IMG/VR virus record: IMGVR_UViG_3300029009_000036
Span: 1 to 39,374 of that record
DNA length: 39,374 bases
Direction: 5' to 3' (one strand)
Origin: a virus
Taxonomy: Duplodnaviria > Heunggongvirae > Uroviricota > Caudoviricetes
Below, piece by piece: positions 19,395 to 28,699 of the stretch. Within the stretch, counting starts at the first letter, position 1; the number at the start of each line of letters is the position of its first letter. The notes beneath the pieces are model-generated. The model was given only the letters and a program-made list of their open reading frames with translations. It did not search any database and was not told the DNA's origin. A program made the position numbers and the translations under genes.

Positions 19395-20613
19395 TGGCGT
19401 TATCCTTCTGCTTACCGGCTTTACTGCCATCGGAGGGTTTCGTGGTCATGTTCATCGGTGTGAGATAGACATCACCACCGGGACGCGGATTCATATCTTC
19501 CAGGTCGCGGCAGTCATTGGGAGAGTAAATTCCCCAGTTGATCCCGGTGGCGTAGGCTTCAAAACGGGACTTCATATCCCCGCGCAGTAACGCCCCGGCG
19601 TTAAATTTGGCGTAATAAACGCTCTGCTTACTTTTTCGTACCAGTCCGGTGTTGATCCGCTGTTCGATGCGGGTCAGATACGGCACCAGTGAATAGTTGA
19701 TAAATCCCAGCCCCAGCTCTTCGATATTGTTGAAGGTGGCGCGATCGGTGTTCTGCACCATGTGCAACGGCACCCGGAACAGACGACAGATTTCTTCAAG
19801 CTGAAACTTGCGGGTTTCCAGGAACTGGCTGTCCTCGGCGTTCAGCGCCATCGACTTCCAGTCCAGCCCCATCTCAAGGATCATCGGGCGGTGAGCATTG
19901 CCAAGCCCGGTGTGACGCTCCTCAAAATCTTTCTTCAGGCGCTCATAAGCCTGATCCGACAGCGTCTGCTCTGTACGCAACACACCGGACGTCACCGCAC
20001 CATTGCTGAACAGTCTGGCCCCGTGCTCTTCGGTCGCCGCTGCCAGCGATATTGCCTCGCGGGCATAGGCGATGGGATTCAGCCCCACCAGACCGTCCAG
20101 CGTCAGCGTGCGCACATGCCAGATATCTTCCTGGCTCAGTACATCCGTGGAGCCGTCCGGGAATGTGACCTGATAGACCGGCTCCCAGCTACTGTTAAGC
20201 TTCGGTACCACACAGCCGGGATCGACGGGCAGCAGTTCAGCCACTTCGCCAAATGCTTTCACTTTGTAGGCGTAAAAGTTTCCCCGCAGGCACAGACAGG
20301 TGACCACCAGCTCCCAGAACTCCTGCGGCGTCATATAGCCATTGGGATGCGTGGAGATCAGCTTATGCAGACGCTCGCCGGTGGCTCTCTGTTTCAGGCT
20401 GCCGTTCAGGTGATACAGATTGCAGGGCAACATCCCGACCGACTCTGCCAGCACCCTGACGCAGGAAAAAACCGCCGTCAGTCGCATGGCCCGCTGGCTG
20501 CTGATCTGCTTTCCGGTATAGGTGTCGTAGGACAACCCGATAGCATCCGCCAGCTCTGCTGGCGTGGTCACCGGTGCGTCACTTTTTCGTTGAAATAATC
20601 CCGAAAAGAACAC
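19372..20613 (-). CDS. Portal protein (HK97 family)
   Basis: 413 aa; start is GTG at 20613 preceded by GGAGGT; position between terminase and protease. Confidence 0.85.
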   Translation of the reverse strand: MFFSGLFQRKSDAPVTTPAELADAIGLSYDTYTGKQISSQRAMRLTAVFSCVRVLAESVGMLPCNLYHLNGSLKQRATGERLHKLISTHPNGYMTPQEFWELVVTCLCLRGNFYAYKVKAFGEVAELLPVDPGCVVPKLNSSWEPVYQVTFPDGSTDVLSQEDIWHVRTLTLDGLVGLNPIAYAREAISLAAATEEHGARLFSNGAVTSGVLRTEQTLSDQAYERLKKDFEERHTGLGNAHRPMILEMGLDWKSMALNAEDSQFLETRKFQLEEICRLFRVPLHMVQNTDRATFNNIEELGLGFINYSLVPYLTRIEQRINTGLVRKSKQSVYYAKFNAGALLRGDMKSRFEAYATGINWGIYSPNDCRDLEDMNPRPGGDVYLTPMNMTTKPSDGSKAGKQKDNANADETTS

Positions 20614-20795
20614 TATTTACCTCCGCCGACAGACGACTGTGTACGGTCGAGATATCGCGCCACCAGCCACGACCAGAACAGGCACAACGCCCCGGCAACA
20701 ACAAACCCCGCCGGGGGATAAATCAGCCAGGCACCATACGCCAGCAAAAGCGCCCCCAGCACGCCCACCAGAGGCGCGAGAATCAGCATGATCAT
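20613..20795 (-). CDS. Small membrane protein (two predicted TM helices)
   Basis: 60 aa, ATG at 20795 with GAGGT RBS; [49 protein letters not shown]... Confidence 0.45.
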
Positions 20796-20806
20796 AATTA
20801 CCTCAC

Positions 20807-22540
20807 TTAAAGCGAGCGGATCCCATAGGACTCAATGTGGTCAGACAGCGTGTCTTCTTTCTCGTACAGCATGGCTCTGCCAACCGCCATAATCAGCGCA
20901 ACTGCACCATCGATTTTGTTTTCCGCCTGCTCTTTGACGGGCTTCACCACATCATCGTTACCCGGAATGGTTTTGCCGACCACGTTGCCGATACACCAGG
21001 TCATGATGGGATTGCCATCATGATGAAAGCGCCCCGATTCAATTGCCGCTTCCAGCTCTTTCATCGGATCGGACATGTTGGTGTAGTTCTGAATGATAGT
21101 GATGGGGTTCAGGTCTTCATCAGCAAGGTCATGTGACAACCCGGTCGCCCCAAAGGGGTCGATGGGTGACTCACTGACCGGGCTGATTTTGTTCGCCGCT
21201 TTGGCCTCCTCGAGGATGTAGCGATAATCCACCTCCGCACCATCGGTAACGGTCAGAACGCCCATTTCCACCCATTTCTGAAAGCGTTCGGCTGTCCGGC
21301 GATCTTCATTTTTCTCGACGCTGTACACCGTGTCATACGGTACCCAGAAACGCGGGGCCACACTGTAGTAATGCGTTTTACCGTCAATCTCGCGGGTATA
21401 AAGTCGCGCCATGCTGTTCATATCCAGCTTACGCGCCAGGTCAAAGGCCAGAATGCACGGCTGCCCCTCGAACTGCTCAAGGGTCAGTGATTTATCCTCG
21501 CAGCTCTGCCAGCTCACCAGGTTGAAATACGCCGAACGCGCCGACACCCAGATATTGAGGTGTTTTGTTTTAAAGACGTTTGCCAGACGGGCGTTATTTT
21601 TCGCACGCTGCTGCTGACTTAACAAAAATTCGCGATAAACCGACACGCCAATATTTGGATTGGCTTTTTCCAGCACCTGCGGGTCGGTCCAGTCGTCACC
21701 TTCATCAACGGTATAGATGATCCCGAACAGTTCATCGTTAGGCACCGAGCCGTTGAGCATCTCGATGACTTCCCGCCGTTTGTCGTAGCACGGCCCCTCA
21801 ATGTTGTACCCGGCGGTAGTGATAGCCCACATCAGTGGCTGACGTCGCGCCCCCATCCCGGTAAGCATCGTGGTGTAAAGCGCATCTGTGGCGTGCTCGT
21901 GATATTCATCCACCACCGCACAGTGGGGTGATGAACCATCACCGGGGTTACCGATCAGCGGTTCAAAACGCGCACCATCCTCCGGACGGTTCATGTTTGA
22001 GGCGTTAACCTCAATCCCGAACGCTTCCGTCAGCATGGGTGTGCGTTTACACATCAGTCTTGCCGGACGAAAGACTTCCCATGCCTGTTTCTCCGTCGTG
22101 GCACCGGAATACACTTCCGCGCCGAACTCGTTATCACAGGCAAAACAATACAGGGCGACACCGGCAGAGATTGCCGATTTGCCGTTCTTACGGGGGATTT
22201 CGGTATACACCTCACGGAAGCGGCGCAGCCGGGAGCCTTTATTGACCCAGCCAAACGCGCAGCAGATCACAAAGAGCTGCCACGGCTCCAGCGTGATGGG
22301 CATCCTCTTAAATGCCCACTCACCCTTGGTGTGCGGCAACAGCTGAATAAATTTGGCGGCCCGTTCAGCCAGGTCCTTGTCGAAGCGGTAACGAAACGAC
22401 TTACTTTTTTCCGCCATCAGGTCATCAAGATGGCGCTGGCAGGCCTGAATCACAAACTGGCAGGCCACAATCTTTCCGCGCACGACATCCCGGGCATACT
22501 GATTTGCAGCATTTACGTTGGGGTAAGATTTCCGGCTCAT
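20807..22540 (-). CDS. Terminase large subunit
   Basis: 577 aa, ATG at 22540; 4-nt overlap with small-subunit gene. Confidence 0.9.
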
Positions 22541-23031
22541 GATTCGATAATTTTCAGAAACGGGTTAGTGGCTTTCTTCTGCCCCGCCAGGCCAATCAGA
22601 CGCTGGCGGCTGCTGGGGTCGAGTCCGAGCATTGCCCCCGTGCTGCTCATCTCGGACTCCTGTTCTTTTTTGGCGGTCAGCTCCGGATTTTTGACCCTGC
22701 CGCCCATTGCACCGGTGATGGTGTTGCCCTGTATGGCAATATTTTTCACGGCACGTCGCCAGAACTCGTAGGCCACGCACCACCGCTCAAGTACCGCCAG
22801 GTCAGTCACGCACAGCAGGCCCTGACCGCAGAGTTCTTTGGTTGTCAGTTGCCACATGATCGTGGCGAGAGGGAGATCTTCTTCAGCGAACCACTCTGGT
22901 GGCTCAACACCTTTGATGGGCGTAAAAACAGGTTCATCTTTGTTCAGGGCTCGCTTGCCGGGGTTTCCGGCCAGCGCCTTGCGCGCCGTTGGCTTGGGGC
23001 GACGCCCGGAACGCCCCGCCGTTCCAGCCAT
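22537..23031 (-). CDS. Terminase small subunit (P27-like)
   Basis: ORF-track start 23040 is GTG with no spacer to an SD; ATG at 23031 ([14 protein letters not shown]...) has CAGGAG ~9 nt upstream. Confidence 0.75.
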   Translation of the reverse strand: MAGTAGRSGRRPKPTARKALAGNPGKRALNKDEPVFTPIKGVEPPEWFAEEDLPLATIMWQLTTKELCGQGLLCVTDLAVLERWCVAYEFWRRAVKNIAIQGNTITGAMGGRVKNPELTAKKEQESEMSSTGAMLGLDPSSRQRLIGLAGQKKATNPFLKIIES

Positions 23032-23040
23032 ATGCGGCAC

Positions 23041-23156
23041 TCCTGGTTAAATTTCATTTTTCGCGGGTATAAAAAAACGATGGGGCGGGCAGTCCGGAAG
23101 ACGTCAGGTCACAGGGATTTGACCCGCCCCTCCCCTCTGGCAGTGGGAACTGGTTC
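23041..23156. other. Candidate cos / packaging-site region between HNH and terS
   Basis: Non-coding 116 bp containing inverted GGGGCGGG...CCCGCCCC; HNH-cos-TerS arrangement is the norm in HK97-like cos phages. Confidence 0.3.
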
Positions 23157-23507
23157 TTACTTCAGCCGTTCACGGGCCGTCTTCGCCTTATGACACGGCC
23201 AGCACAGGCTCTGCAGATTGCTGTCGGCATCAGTGCCGCCATGCGCTTTAGGGATGATGTGGTCAACGGTTTTCGCCTCGCGCACCACACCGGCACGCAA
23301 ACACAACTGACACAGGCCTTTGTCACGCTTTAGTACACGCCCCCGGATAACATCCCATTTCGAACCATAACCGCGCTGGTGTCGGGACTGGCCTGGCTTG
23401 TATTGCTTCCAGCCCTCGCTTTTGTGGCTTTCGCAATAACCTGACGGGTCAGTCGTGGTATGGCGGCAGCCGCGAACTCGGCAGGCTTTTGGGGTTCGTG
23501 GTGGCAT
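23157..23507 (-). CDS. HNH endonuclease (terminase-associated)
   Basis: 116 aa from ATG 23507 (GGAG 5 nt upstream): MPPRTPKACRVRGC...CQLCLRAGVVREAKTVDHIIPKAHGGTDADSNLQSLCWPCHKAK has CxxC...DHI.P...N...CxxCH HNH signature. The longer ORF to 23606 uses TTG inside the repeat. Confidence 0.8.
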   Translation of the reverse strand: MPPRTPKACRVRGCRHTTTDPSGYCESHKSEGWKQYKPGQSRHQRGYGSKWDVIRGRVLKRDKGLCQLCLRAGVVREAKTVDHIIPKAHGGTDADSNLQSLCWPCHKAKTARERLK

Positions 23508-24017
23508 ATGTACTCCAATGAAGAAGCTACCGACATAGCCTCCTCCATTCGTCGTGAAACTATTTTCATCTACCCAGTAATGAATTCTTTGAAGAGTCGA
23601 GATCAATACAACTCACTGATGGGAGAGGCTTGCCTCACGCGTGAGGCAAGCCTCCTGTTTGATTTACTGGACAGTATAGGGGGGCAGAATGCCTTCCTCA
23701 CTCGAATAACATCAATTACGGAGCTTCAACACGGGTCAGTCGTGGTATGGCGGCAGCCGCGAACTCGGCATGCTTTTGAGGTTCGAGGGAGCATATGTAC
23801 TCCAATGAAGAAGCCACCGACATAGTCTCCTCCATTCGTCGTGAAACTATTTTCATCTACCCAGTAATGAATTCTTTGAAGAGTCGAGATCAATACAACT
23901 CACTGATGGGAGAGGCTTGTCTCACGCGTGAGGCAAGTTTCCCGTGTGATTTACTTGACACTATAGAAGGACAGAATGCCTTCCTCACTCGAATAACATC
24001 AATTAAGGAGGTTCAAC
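23431..24017. repeat. Tandem direct duplication, ~287-bp unit, two copies plus junction fragment
   Basis: 23444-23730 and 23731-24017 align at ~90% identity; each unit carries the first ~21 codons of HNH and a long palindrome; junctions share tcg(c)aataac. Confidence 0.85.
23625..23654. repeat. 30-bp perfect palindrome (degenerate second copy at ~23911-23940)
   Basis: gaggcttgcctcacgcgtgaggcaagcctc is its own reverse complement; no adjacent U-run, so not a canonical intrinsic terminator. Confidence 0.8.
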
Positions 24018-24140
24018 ATGTTTCATTCCACAAGTCATCAGGCTGTAATTATGGTAGCATCAGTTTGTGCCACATACCTTTTCCGCTTCACTTTGAGTCT
24101 GATTCATTTCTACCTGACCGGCTCGCCTCTATCTTTCTAA
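24018..24140 (+). CDS. Hypothetical small hydrophobic peptide (40 aa), antisense to o-spanin 3' end
   Basis: Near-consensus SD taaggagg (24004-24011) 6 nt before ATG 24018; MFHSTSHQAVIMVASVCATYLFRFTLSLIHFYLTGSPLSF; no promoter identified. Confidence 0.25.
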   Translation: MFHSTSHQAVIMVASVCATYLFRFTLSLIHFYLTGSPLSF

Positions 24141-24363
24141 TCCCCGCTTTGTCAATATTGCATTGTCCCAACGCTGACAACAGACTCACATTCAACTCCA
24201 GACTGGCACCATACGTCAGCGGATTGGGTATAAACGGTACAGGAGTATCAGAAGTCAGGCTGGCTGGCAGTGGTGCCACCGGAGCGCTCACGTAAACCGT
24301 TCGCGAATTTCCGCAACCGGTCAGCAGCGACAGCAGGCACAGGACGTGAAGCACAATCATCAT
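24088..24363 (-). CDS. o-spanin (Rz1-like outer-membrane lipoprotein)
   Basis: ATG at 24363 in +1 frame inside Rz; MMIVLHVLCLLSLLTGC... has lipobox LLTGC; Pro-rich mature part; extends past Rz stop (overlapped architecture). Confidence 0.7.
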   Translation of the reverse strand: MMIVLHVLCLLSLLTGCGNSRTVYVSAPVAPLPASLTSDTPVPFIPNPLTYGASLELNVSLLSALGQCNIDKAGIRKIEASRSGRNESDSK

Positions 24364-24640
24364 CCGCAACAGCCACTTTGATATCTTCCTGGGTTCTCTG
24401 TGACTCCAGTGTGATCTGCTGTTTTGCATGCTGGTTAGCCTCCAGAACTGTATTGACGATTTGCAGTGATTGCAGGACGTTATTGGTAATGACAGTTGCC
24501 GATTTGGCATTTTGTACAGCCTCATCAGCACGTTTCTTTTCGTGCTGATATTTGCTGTAGTAGTGGTTGGCAGACCAGATGAAAGAACCAATGACAGTAA
24601 AGAAGAATGCAGCGATAACCAACTTATAGCTCAACTTCAT
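24248..24640 (-). CDS. i-spanin (Rz-like)
   Basis: 130 aa, ATG at 24640; N-terminal TM helix LVIAAFFFTVIGSFIW then coiled-coil periplasmic domain; follows endolysin. Confidence 0.75.
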   Translation of the reverse strand: MKLSYKLVIAAFFFTVIGSFIWSANHYYSKYQHEKKRADEAVQNAKSATVITNNVLQSLQIVNTVLEANQHAKQQITLESQRTQEDIKVAVADDDCASRPVPAVAADRLRKFANGLRERSGGTTASQPDF

Positions 24641-25100
24641 TTACCACCCCACCAGCCTCTTTAAACCGGGCAATCAGATCACCGATTTTATGTTCATACT
24701 GACCGTAACCAGCACCCGGCAATGAAGCCCAGATATTGCTGCAACGGTCGATTGCCTGACGGATATCACCGCGATCAATCATCGGCAAAGCGCCACGCTC
24801 TTTAATCTGTTGCAATGCCACAGCGTCCTGACTTTTGGGAGAGAAGTCTTTCAGGCCAAGCTGATTACGGTAGGCATCCCACCAACGGGAAAGAAGCTGG
24901 TAACGTCCGGCAGCTGTTGATTTGAGTTTGGGGTTTAGCGTGACAAGTTTGCGAGGGTGATCGGAGTAATCAGTAAACATTTCACCACCGACAATAACAT
25001 CATAACCGTGGTTACGTGTCGGTTGTCGCCCGTTATCCGTTCCTTCTGACCATGCAACCATATCCAGGAAAGCTTTACGCTGGGAATTTAGTACCTGCAT
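24624..25100 (-). CDS. Endolysin, lambda R-like lytic transglycosylase
   Basis: 158 aa; ...QRKAFLDMVAWSEGTDNGRQPTRNHGYDVIVGGEMFTDYSDHPRKLVTLNPKLKSTAAGRYQLLSRWWDAYR... near-identical in pattern to lambda R as recalled. Confidence 0.9.
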   Translation of the reverse strand: MQVLNSQRKAFLDMVAWSEGTDNGRQPTRNHGYDVIVGGEMFTDYSDHPRKLVTLNPKLKSTAAGRYQLLSRWWDAYRNQLGLKDFSPKSQDAVALQQIKERGALPMIDRGDIRQAIDRCSNIWASLPGAGYGQYEHKIGDLIARFKEAGGVVNEVEL

Positions 25101-25103
25101 AAA

Positions 25104-25445
25104 TTACTCCTTAGAGCCACCAAACTTGTTACCGATTACTCTCATTGCAGCCCCACGAATAGCATCGACACCGATCAACCCAACACCACCACCAATGGCA
25201 ACAGAAAGCGATTTAGGCCATCCGACATACTCAAGAGCGGATGCAAAAGTCAGCGTCAGAGCGCCGCAGAGCAAAATCTCGAGCGTTTTTCGCTTCCAGC
25301 CACCACCACCGCCAAAATAGGCAATGCGCAAGCCAGCCATAACGATCGACATAATTACTGCGCCCAGCGGTGTGTCTCCACGCCACCAGCTCTGTAACAA
25401 TTCAAGTAAGTCAGACCAGGAATGAGGATCGTTATGCATTTTCAT
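25104..25445 (-). CDS. Holin with dual-start motif
   Basis: ORF opens at GTG 25454, but ATG 25445 (GGAGGTG RBS) and ATG 25439 give the M-K-M dual start seen in lambda S; hydrophobic helices follow. Confidence 0.7.
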   Translation of the reverse strand: MKMHNDPHSWSDLLELLQSWWRGDTPLGAVIMSIVMAGLRIAYFGGGGGWKRKTLEILLCGALTLTFASALEYVGWPKSLSVAIGGGVGLIGVDAIRGAAMRVIGNKFGGSKE

Positions 25446-25537
25446 AATTCCCACCTCCGGTTATCGGAAGTGCAACGAGTGAAGGGAAAGAAGCTGGTTA
25501 TAGCGCTGAGTCGCAAAAGTTGCGTAGTGCACAAAAA

Positions 25538-25565
25538 AGGCCGCCCACAGGCAGCCTCTTTTTAT
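25538..25565. terminator. Hairpin with flanking A/T runs between Cys-rich gene and holin (bidirectional terminator-like)
   Basis: aggccgcc-caca-ggcagcct (one mismatch) flanked by aaaaaa and ctttttat. Confidence 0.45.
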
Positions 25566-25576
25566 AATTCATTGAG

Positions 25577-25819
25577 TTAACAACATTTAAATGCTGGTGG
25601 TATAGAAGGTTTTTCACCAGAACGACAAGCCGGACACCATGACTGAACGATATGCCTTCCGTCTCCCATATCCCTATAACCAAAGTCTATTGTTTTATAA
25701 AAAACGTGCACTCCGGCATCAGCAGAACATTTTGGGCAAGATTTATATTCAACGCCATCTTGTTCAACTTCTCGTGAATAACTTAATGACTGCTCACAAA
25801 CAGAACAACGCTCCACCAT
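25577..25819 (-). CDS. Small Cys-rich (putative zinc-binding) protein, first late gene after tR'
   Basis: 80 aa, ATG at 25819 with AGGAGAG RBS; CxxC at residues 5-8, 28-31, 62-65 plus C-terminal CC. Confidence 0.45.
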   Translation of the reverse strand: MVERCSVCEQSLSYSREVEQDGVEYKSCPKCSADAGVHVFYKTIDFGYRDMGDGRHIVQSWCPACRSGEKPSIPPAFKCC

Positions 25820-25969
25820 ATATGCTCTCCTGTTTTTGATAGAGATTTATGGGTAGCAATTCCATTCAAAAGAAACATTGAAGGGTGTCACTTTTTCAAA
25901 ATGAGCGTAGCTGGCTGCCAGTTTTTTGTACAACACACTTTAAGGAAGGAGAGCCTTAAAAACACAATT

Positions 25970-26000
25970 GACATCAATAAAAAACCGCTCGGTGGCGGTT
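25970..26000 (-). terminator. tR'-like intrinsic terminator of the short late-promoter transcript
   Basis: Stem aaaccgc/gcggttt with 6-nt loop followed on minus strand by UUUUAUU; ~45-70 nt downstream of the pR'-like promoter. Confidence 0.45.
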
Positions 26001-26047
26001 TCTTGAAGATTATCAACGGTAGACACACAAAGCCCATCGTTAGGAGA

Positions 26048-26076
26048 ATTCTAACCAAATTTTTTGAAAAATGCAA
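26048..26076 (-). promoter_or_regulatory. pR'-like late promoter (sigma70 type) immediately downstream of Q
   Basis: Minus strand TTGCAT (26076-26071), 17-bp spacer, TAGAAT (26053-26048). Confidence 0.5.
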
Positions 26077-26107
26077 GAATCATGTCGCCATCTTCGGCGA
26101 AAATCAT

Positions 26108-26860
26108 TTATCTCGTCACTTTTCTTAATTGCGCCTCAGCATATGCTTCTTCCTGCCAGCACTTTGTCACCAGTTTATCAATGACATCTGCATATCCTTT
26201 GTACCACTGATAATCCGTCAGGTCTGGTACCAGCTTCTGGACATGATGCCGCGCCAGTGTGGTTGGTAAACGGCTAAACCGATTTCCATTGCAACGCCCA
26301 CAAATCTTATAAACAGGCGTGCCATGAAGCCGGGTCCTTTTTTCATCCAGGACAATACCTTTACCCTTACACCCTCTGCACGCGGTGCTGACTTCTCCCT
26401 TACCATGACAATGCTGACATAGTTCCTTCACCCACTCTTCCTTGATAACAGATTCCCCGCTTCTGGAGTGTTTCACCACTTCGCGCAATACATTATGAGA
26501 TCCAGTACCAGCACAATGCTCACAGCGAGCCTTACTTGCCGCAGACCTGGAATAATCAGCAAAGGCAAAATTCACAAGGTAAGGGATGATCTGTAACCGG
26601 GTTTCTTCACTCAATTTGTTCAATGTCGGGTTATCCAGTGCCATCGCGTAATTGAGCAGACCTTCAATCGCAAATTGAGGATCCTGAACACCAACTTTTG
26701 CCAGGAATAAGGCAAACCCAAGCGGTGCTTTCGACTGCACCATCCCCTGCGCAGCCATCACATCCGTAATCGTTAAACCACCTGAGCCTGTCGCCGGTGC
26801 GTCATCGCTCAATTTTGGAGATTTTGGGGAGTAATATTTTGGTAAGGCTTCAAGGTTCAT
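26108..26860 (-). CDS. Late-gene antiterminator Q (QuuQ-like)
   Basis: ORF-track start 26902 is GTG; ATG at 26860 (MNLEALPKYY...) has GGAGA RBS and gives 250 aa; four CxxCxGxG zinc-finger repeats; lies between DUF968 gene and pR'/lysis cassette, as in E. coli Qin (ydfU-quuQ) from memory. Confidence 0.7.
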   Translation of the reverse strand: MNLEALPKYYSPKSPKLSDDAPATGSGGLTITDVMAAQGMVQSKAPLGFALFLAKVGVQDPQFAIEGLLNYAMALDNPTLNKLSEETRLQIIPYLVNFAFADYSRSAASKARCEHCAGTGSHNVLREVVKHSRSGESVIKEEWVKELCQHCHGKGEVSTACRGCKGKGIVLDEKRTRLHGTPVYKICGRCNGNRFSRLPTTLARHHVQKLVPDLTDYQWYKGYADVIDKLVTKCWQEEAYAEAQLRKVTR

Positions 26861-26873
26861 GCTCGTTCTCCAC

Positions 26874-27869
26874 TTACGCCAGTACGCCAATTGCCAGCGC
26901 ACGATCGATAAAACGAAATATCAGCTCCAGCTGGGAGCCATACTTCTCTTCAAATGCCACGGTATCCGCATGCAGCTCGTCGTGATGCTTTCTGCACAAA
27001 GGCAACACAAAAAGGTCATGCGCTTTTGTTCCCATTCCACCCTGACCGTGACCTATCAGGTGGTGGGGATCATCAGCGGGCTTTCCACAACATGCACACG
27101 GCTGTGTCTTAACCCAGCGCGTGTACTTTTCATTAACCCAGCGGCGACGTTTTGGGCGTAACATAAAAGACTCCGGCGACTCCGGATCCACTTTCAGCGC
27201 CAGCACCTTTTTCGCCTTATCCTGGATGATGCTGGTGGCAGGAACCGAAGGCACAAGGTCACTTTCCCGGGTAACAGACGGCACAACAGGCTTCGGTAAT
27301 CTCAGTGCCTTACGGGCTGCACTTTCCGGTAAGGCATCCGCCAGATCATTACGAATCAGCCACCAGCACAGTTCCGGCATTGTCACAACGTGACTGTCAT
27401 CAAAACCGAGATCCCGACGCACAACAGACAACACCCAGCGGGCACAGTTATCCGTTGCCATTGATTCCAGCCGTTCCGTGAACTGATCGCGCAGCTGGTT
27501 ATCGCAGTGCCAGCACAGACGGATTGCACCCGGAGCGTGTCGCATTGTGGTCATGTTCTCGCTGTGCCAGTCGGAATGAGGCCACTGGCAGCCTTTTTCA
27601 CGAAGTAACCAGCTTTCAAGACATTCCACGCCACCAGCACGACGGATCACTGCCTCATTGCGGAACACGGCCCGAACGGCAGGATCATCCGCCAGCGGTT
27701 GTGATGCCGCCGGAACGGCACCACTGGCGAAAGATGAATAACGCTCCGGCTCAGGCTCCAGCAGGACACGCCCCTGCATAAACAGGGGCATCAGCTCTGA
27801 ACCTGGCCTGAACAATACGATCCCCATACGCGGGGCAATTTCAGGGGTCAGTAGTGCTCTCACGGTCAC
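26874..27869 (-). CDS. DUF968-family protein (YdfU-like) with C-terminal HNH-like zinc motif
   Basis: 331 aa (GTG start at 27869, uncertain); C-terminal ...CACCGKPADDPHHLIGHGQGG...CRKHHDELH. Confidence 0.65.
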   Translation of the reverse strand: MTVRALLTPEIAPRMGIVLFRPGSELMPLFMQGRVLLEPEPERYSSFASGAVPAASQPLADDPAVRAVFRNEAVIRRAGGVECLESWLLREKGCQWPHSDWHSENMTTMRHAPGAIRLCWHCDNQLRDQFTERLESMATDNCARWVLSVVRRDLGFDDSHVVTMPELCWWLIRNDLADALPESAARKALRLPKPVVPSVTRESDLVPSVPATSIIQDKAKKVLALKVDPESPESFMLRPKRRRWVNEKYTRWVKTQPCACCGKPADDPHHLIGHGQGGMGTKAHDLFVLPLCRKHHDELHADTVAFEEKYGSQLELIFRFIDRALAIGVLA

Positions 27870-27870
27870 C

Positions 27871-28680
27871 TCAATGAACGGTATCGAGCAGCTTTAACAG
27901 CTCAGGGAATCGGGATTCGAAGAAATGCGGCTGCGTCTCGCGCGGATTTGCGGGACTGGTGATGTTCTTGCCGAACATGCAGCCTTTCGCTGTCAGCGAC
28001 CAGAATCTTTTGATGTTGTTAATCGCGGTACGGCTGTATCGTTCGCGCTGCTCGACGATCCCCAGTTTCACCATCTGGTGATATGCCTGATTAGCCGTCA
28101 GGCGTATACCATACTGTTTCAGCAGTGCACTCAGTGACAGTGTCGGGCGACTTGAGCCATCGTGTGCATCAGCAGGAGCATCAATGGCATAGCGCGGTGC
28201 CAGATTCGGTAAGCCAACAGCCTCCTGGAGTTTCTGACAGGCACCAAGCACTGAAGAGTTAGACAGGTTTAACTCCCGGCGCATAAAGTCCAGCAGGATC
28301 ACGCCAGCCTGCATCTTGTCAGCAGCCTGTCCGGATAATTTTTCCGGTGCGCTGGTTACCATATCGAAAGTACGGATCACCTTCAGATGGAATGACGGGC
28401 TGATCCACATTGCATAGGCATACACCAGTTCCTTGCAGACATACGTTCCCCGTTCATTTCCCCCATGAATCACACTCACCGGGTCAACACCCAAATTCTG
28501 GGTGTTGGTCAATTCATGAACAAGCTCAACAGTTTGTTGGCTGGAAAGAAACTTTCCCGGCTCCTTGGTTCTGGCATTTGCACCAGATGCTACTGCTGCG
28601 CGATGCAGATCGTTCAGGCTGTAACGCCCATAAGCATCACGACGAACTTCAATACCATCAATGACCATCAGATTATTCAT
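27871..28680 (-). CDS. KilA-N domain protein / putative antirepressor
   Basis: ORF-track start 28713 is GTG; ATG at 28680 (MNNLMVIDGIEVRRDAYGRYSLNDLHRA...) has GAGGAG RBS; N-terminal KilA-N-like sequence. Confidence 0.55.
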   Translation of the reverse strand: MNNLMVIDGIEVRRDAYGRYSLNDLHRAAVASGANARTKEPGKFLSSQQTVELVHELTNTQNLGVDPVSVIHGGNERGTYVCKELVYAYAMWISPSFHLKVIRTFDMVTSAPEKLSGQAADKMQAGVILLDFMRRELNLSNSSVLGACQKLQEAVGLPNLAPRYAIDAPADAHDGSSRPTLSLSALLKQYGIRLTANQAYHQMVKLGIVEQRERYSRTAINNIKRFWSLTAKGCMFGKNITSPANPRETQPHFFESRFPELLKLLDTVH

Positions 28681-28699
28681 ACTTCGTTTCTCCTCTTGA

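Noticed and set aside
19762-20598. 278-aa plus-strand ORF
   Set aside because: Lies entirely antisense within the portal gene; Arg/Gln/His-rich composition typical of spurious GC-rich antisense frames.
23157-23606. Longer 149-aa version of HNH and the 79-aa out-of-frame ORF 23330-23569
   Set aside because: The extension starts at a TTG inside the tandem repeat; the ATG at 23507 has its own GGAG and yields a normal HNH size. The 79-aa ORF is low-complexity, overlapping HNH in another frame.
23431-24017. Possibility that the tandem repeats are a CRISPR array or type I toxin repeat family
   Set aside because: Only two long (287-bp) units with no short spacer-repeat periodicity; no conserved small ORF with start signal in each unit.
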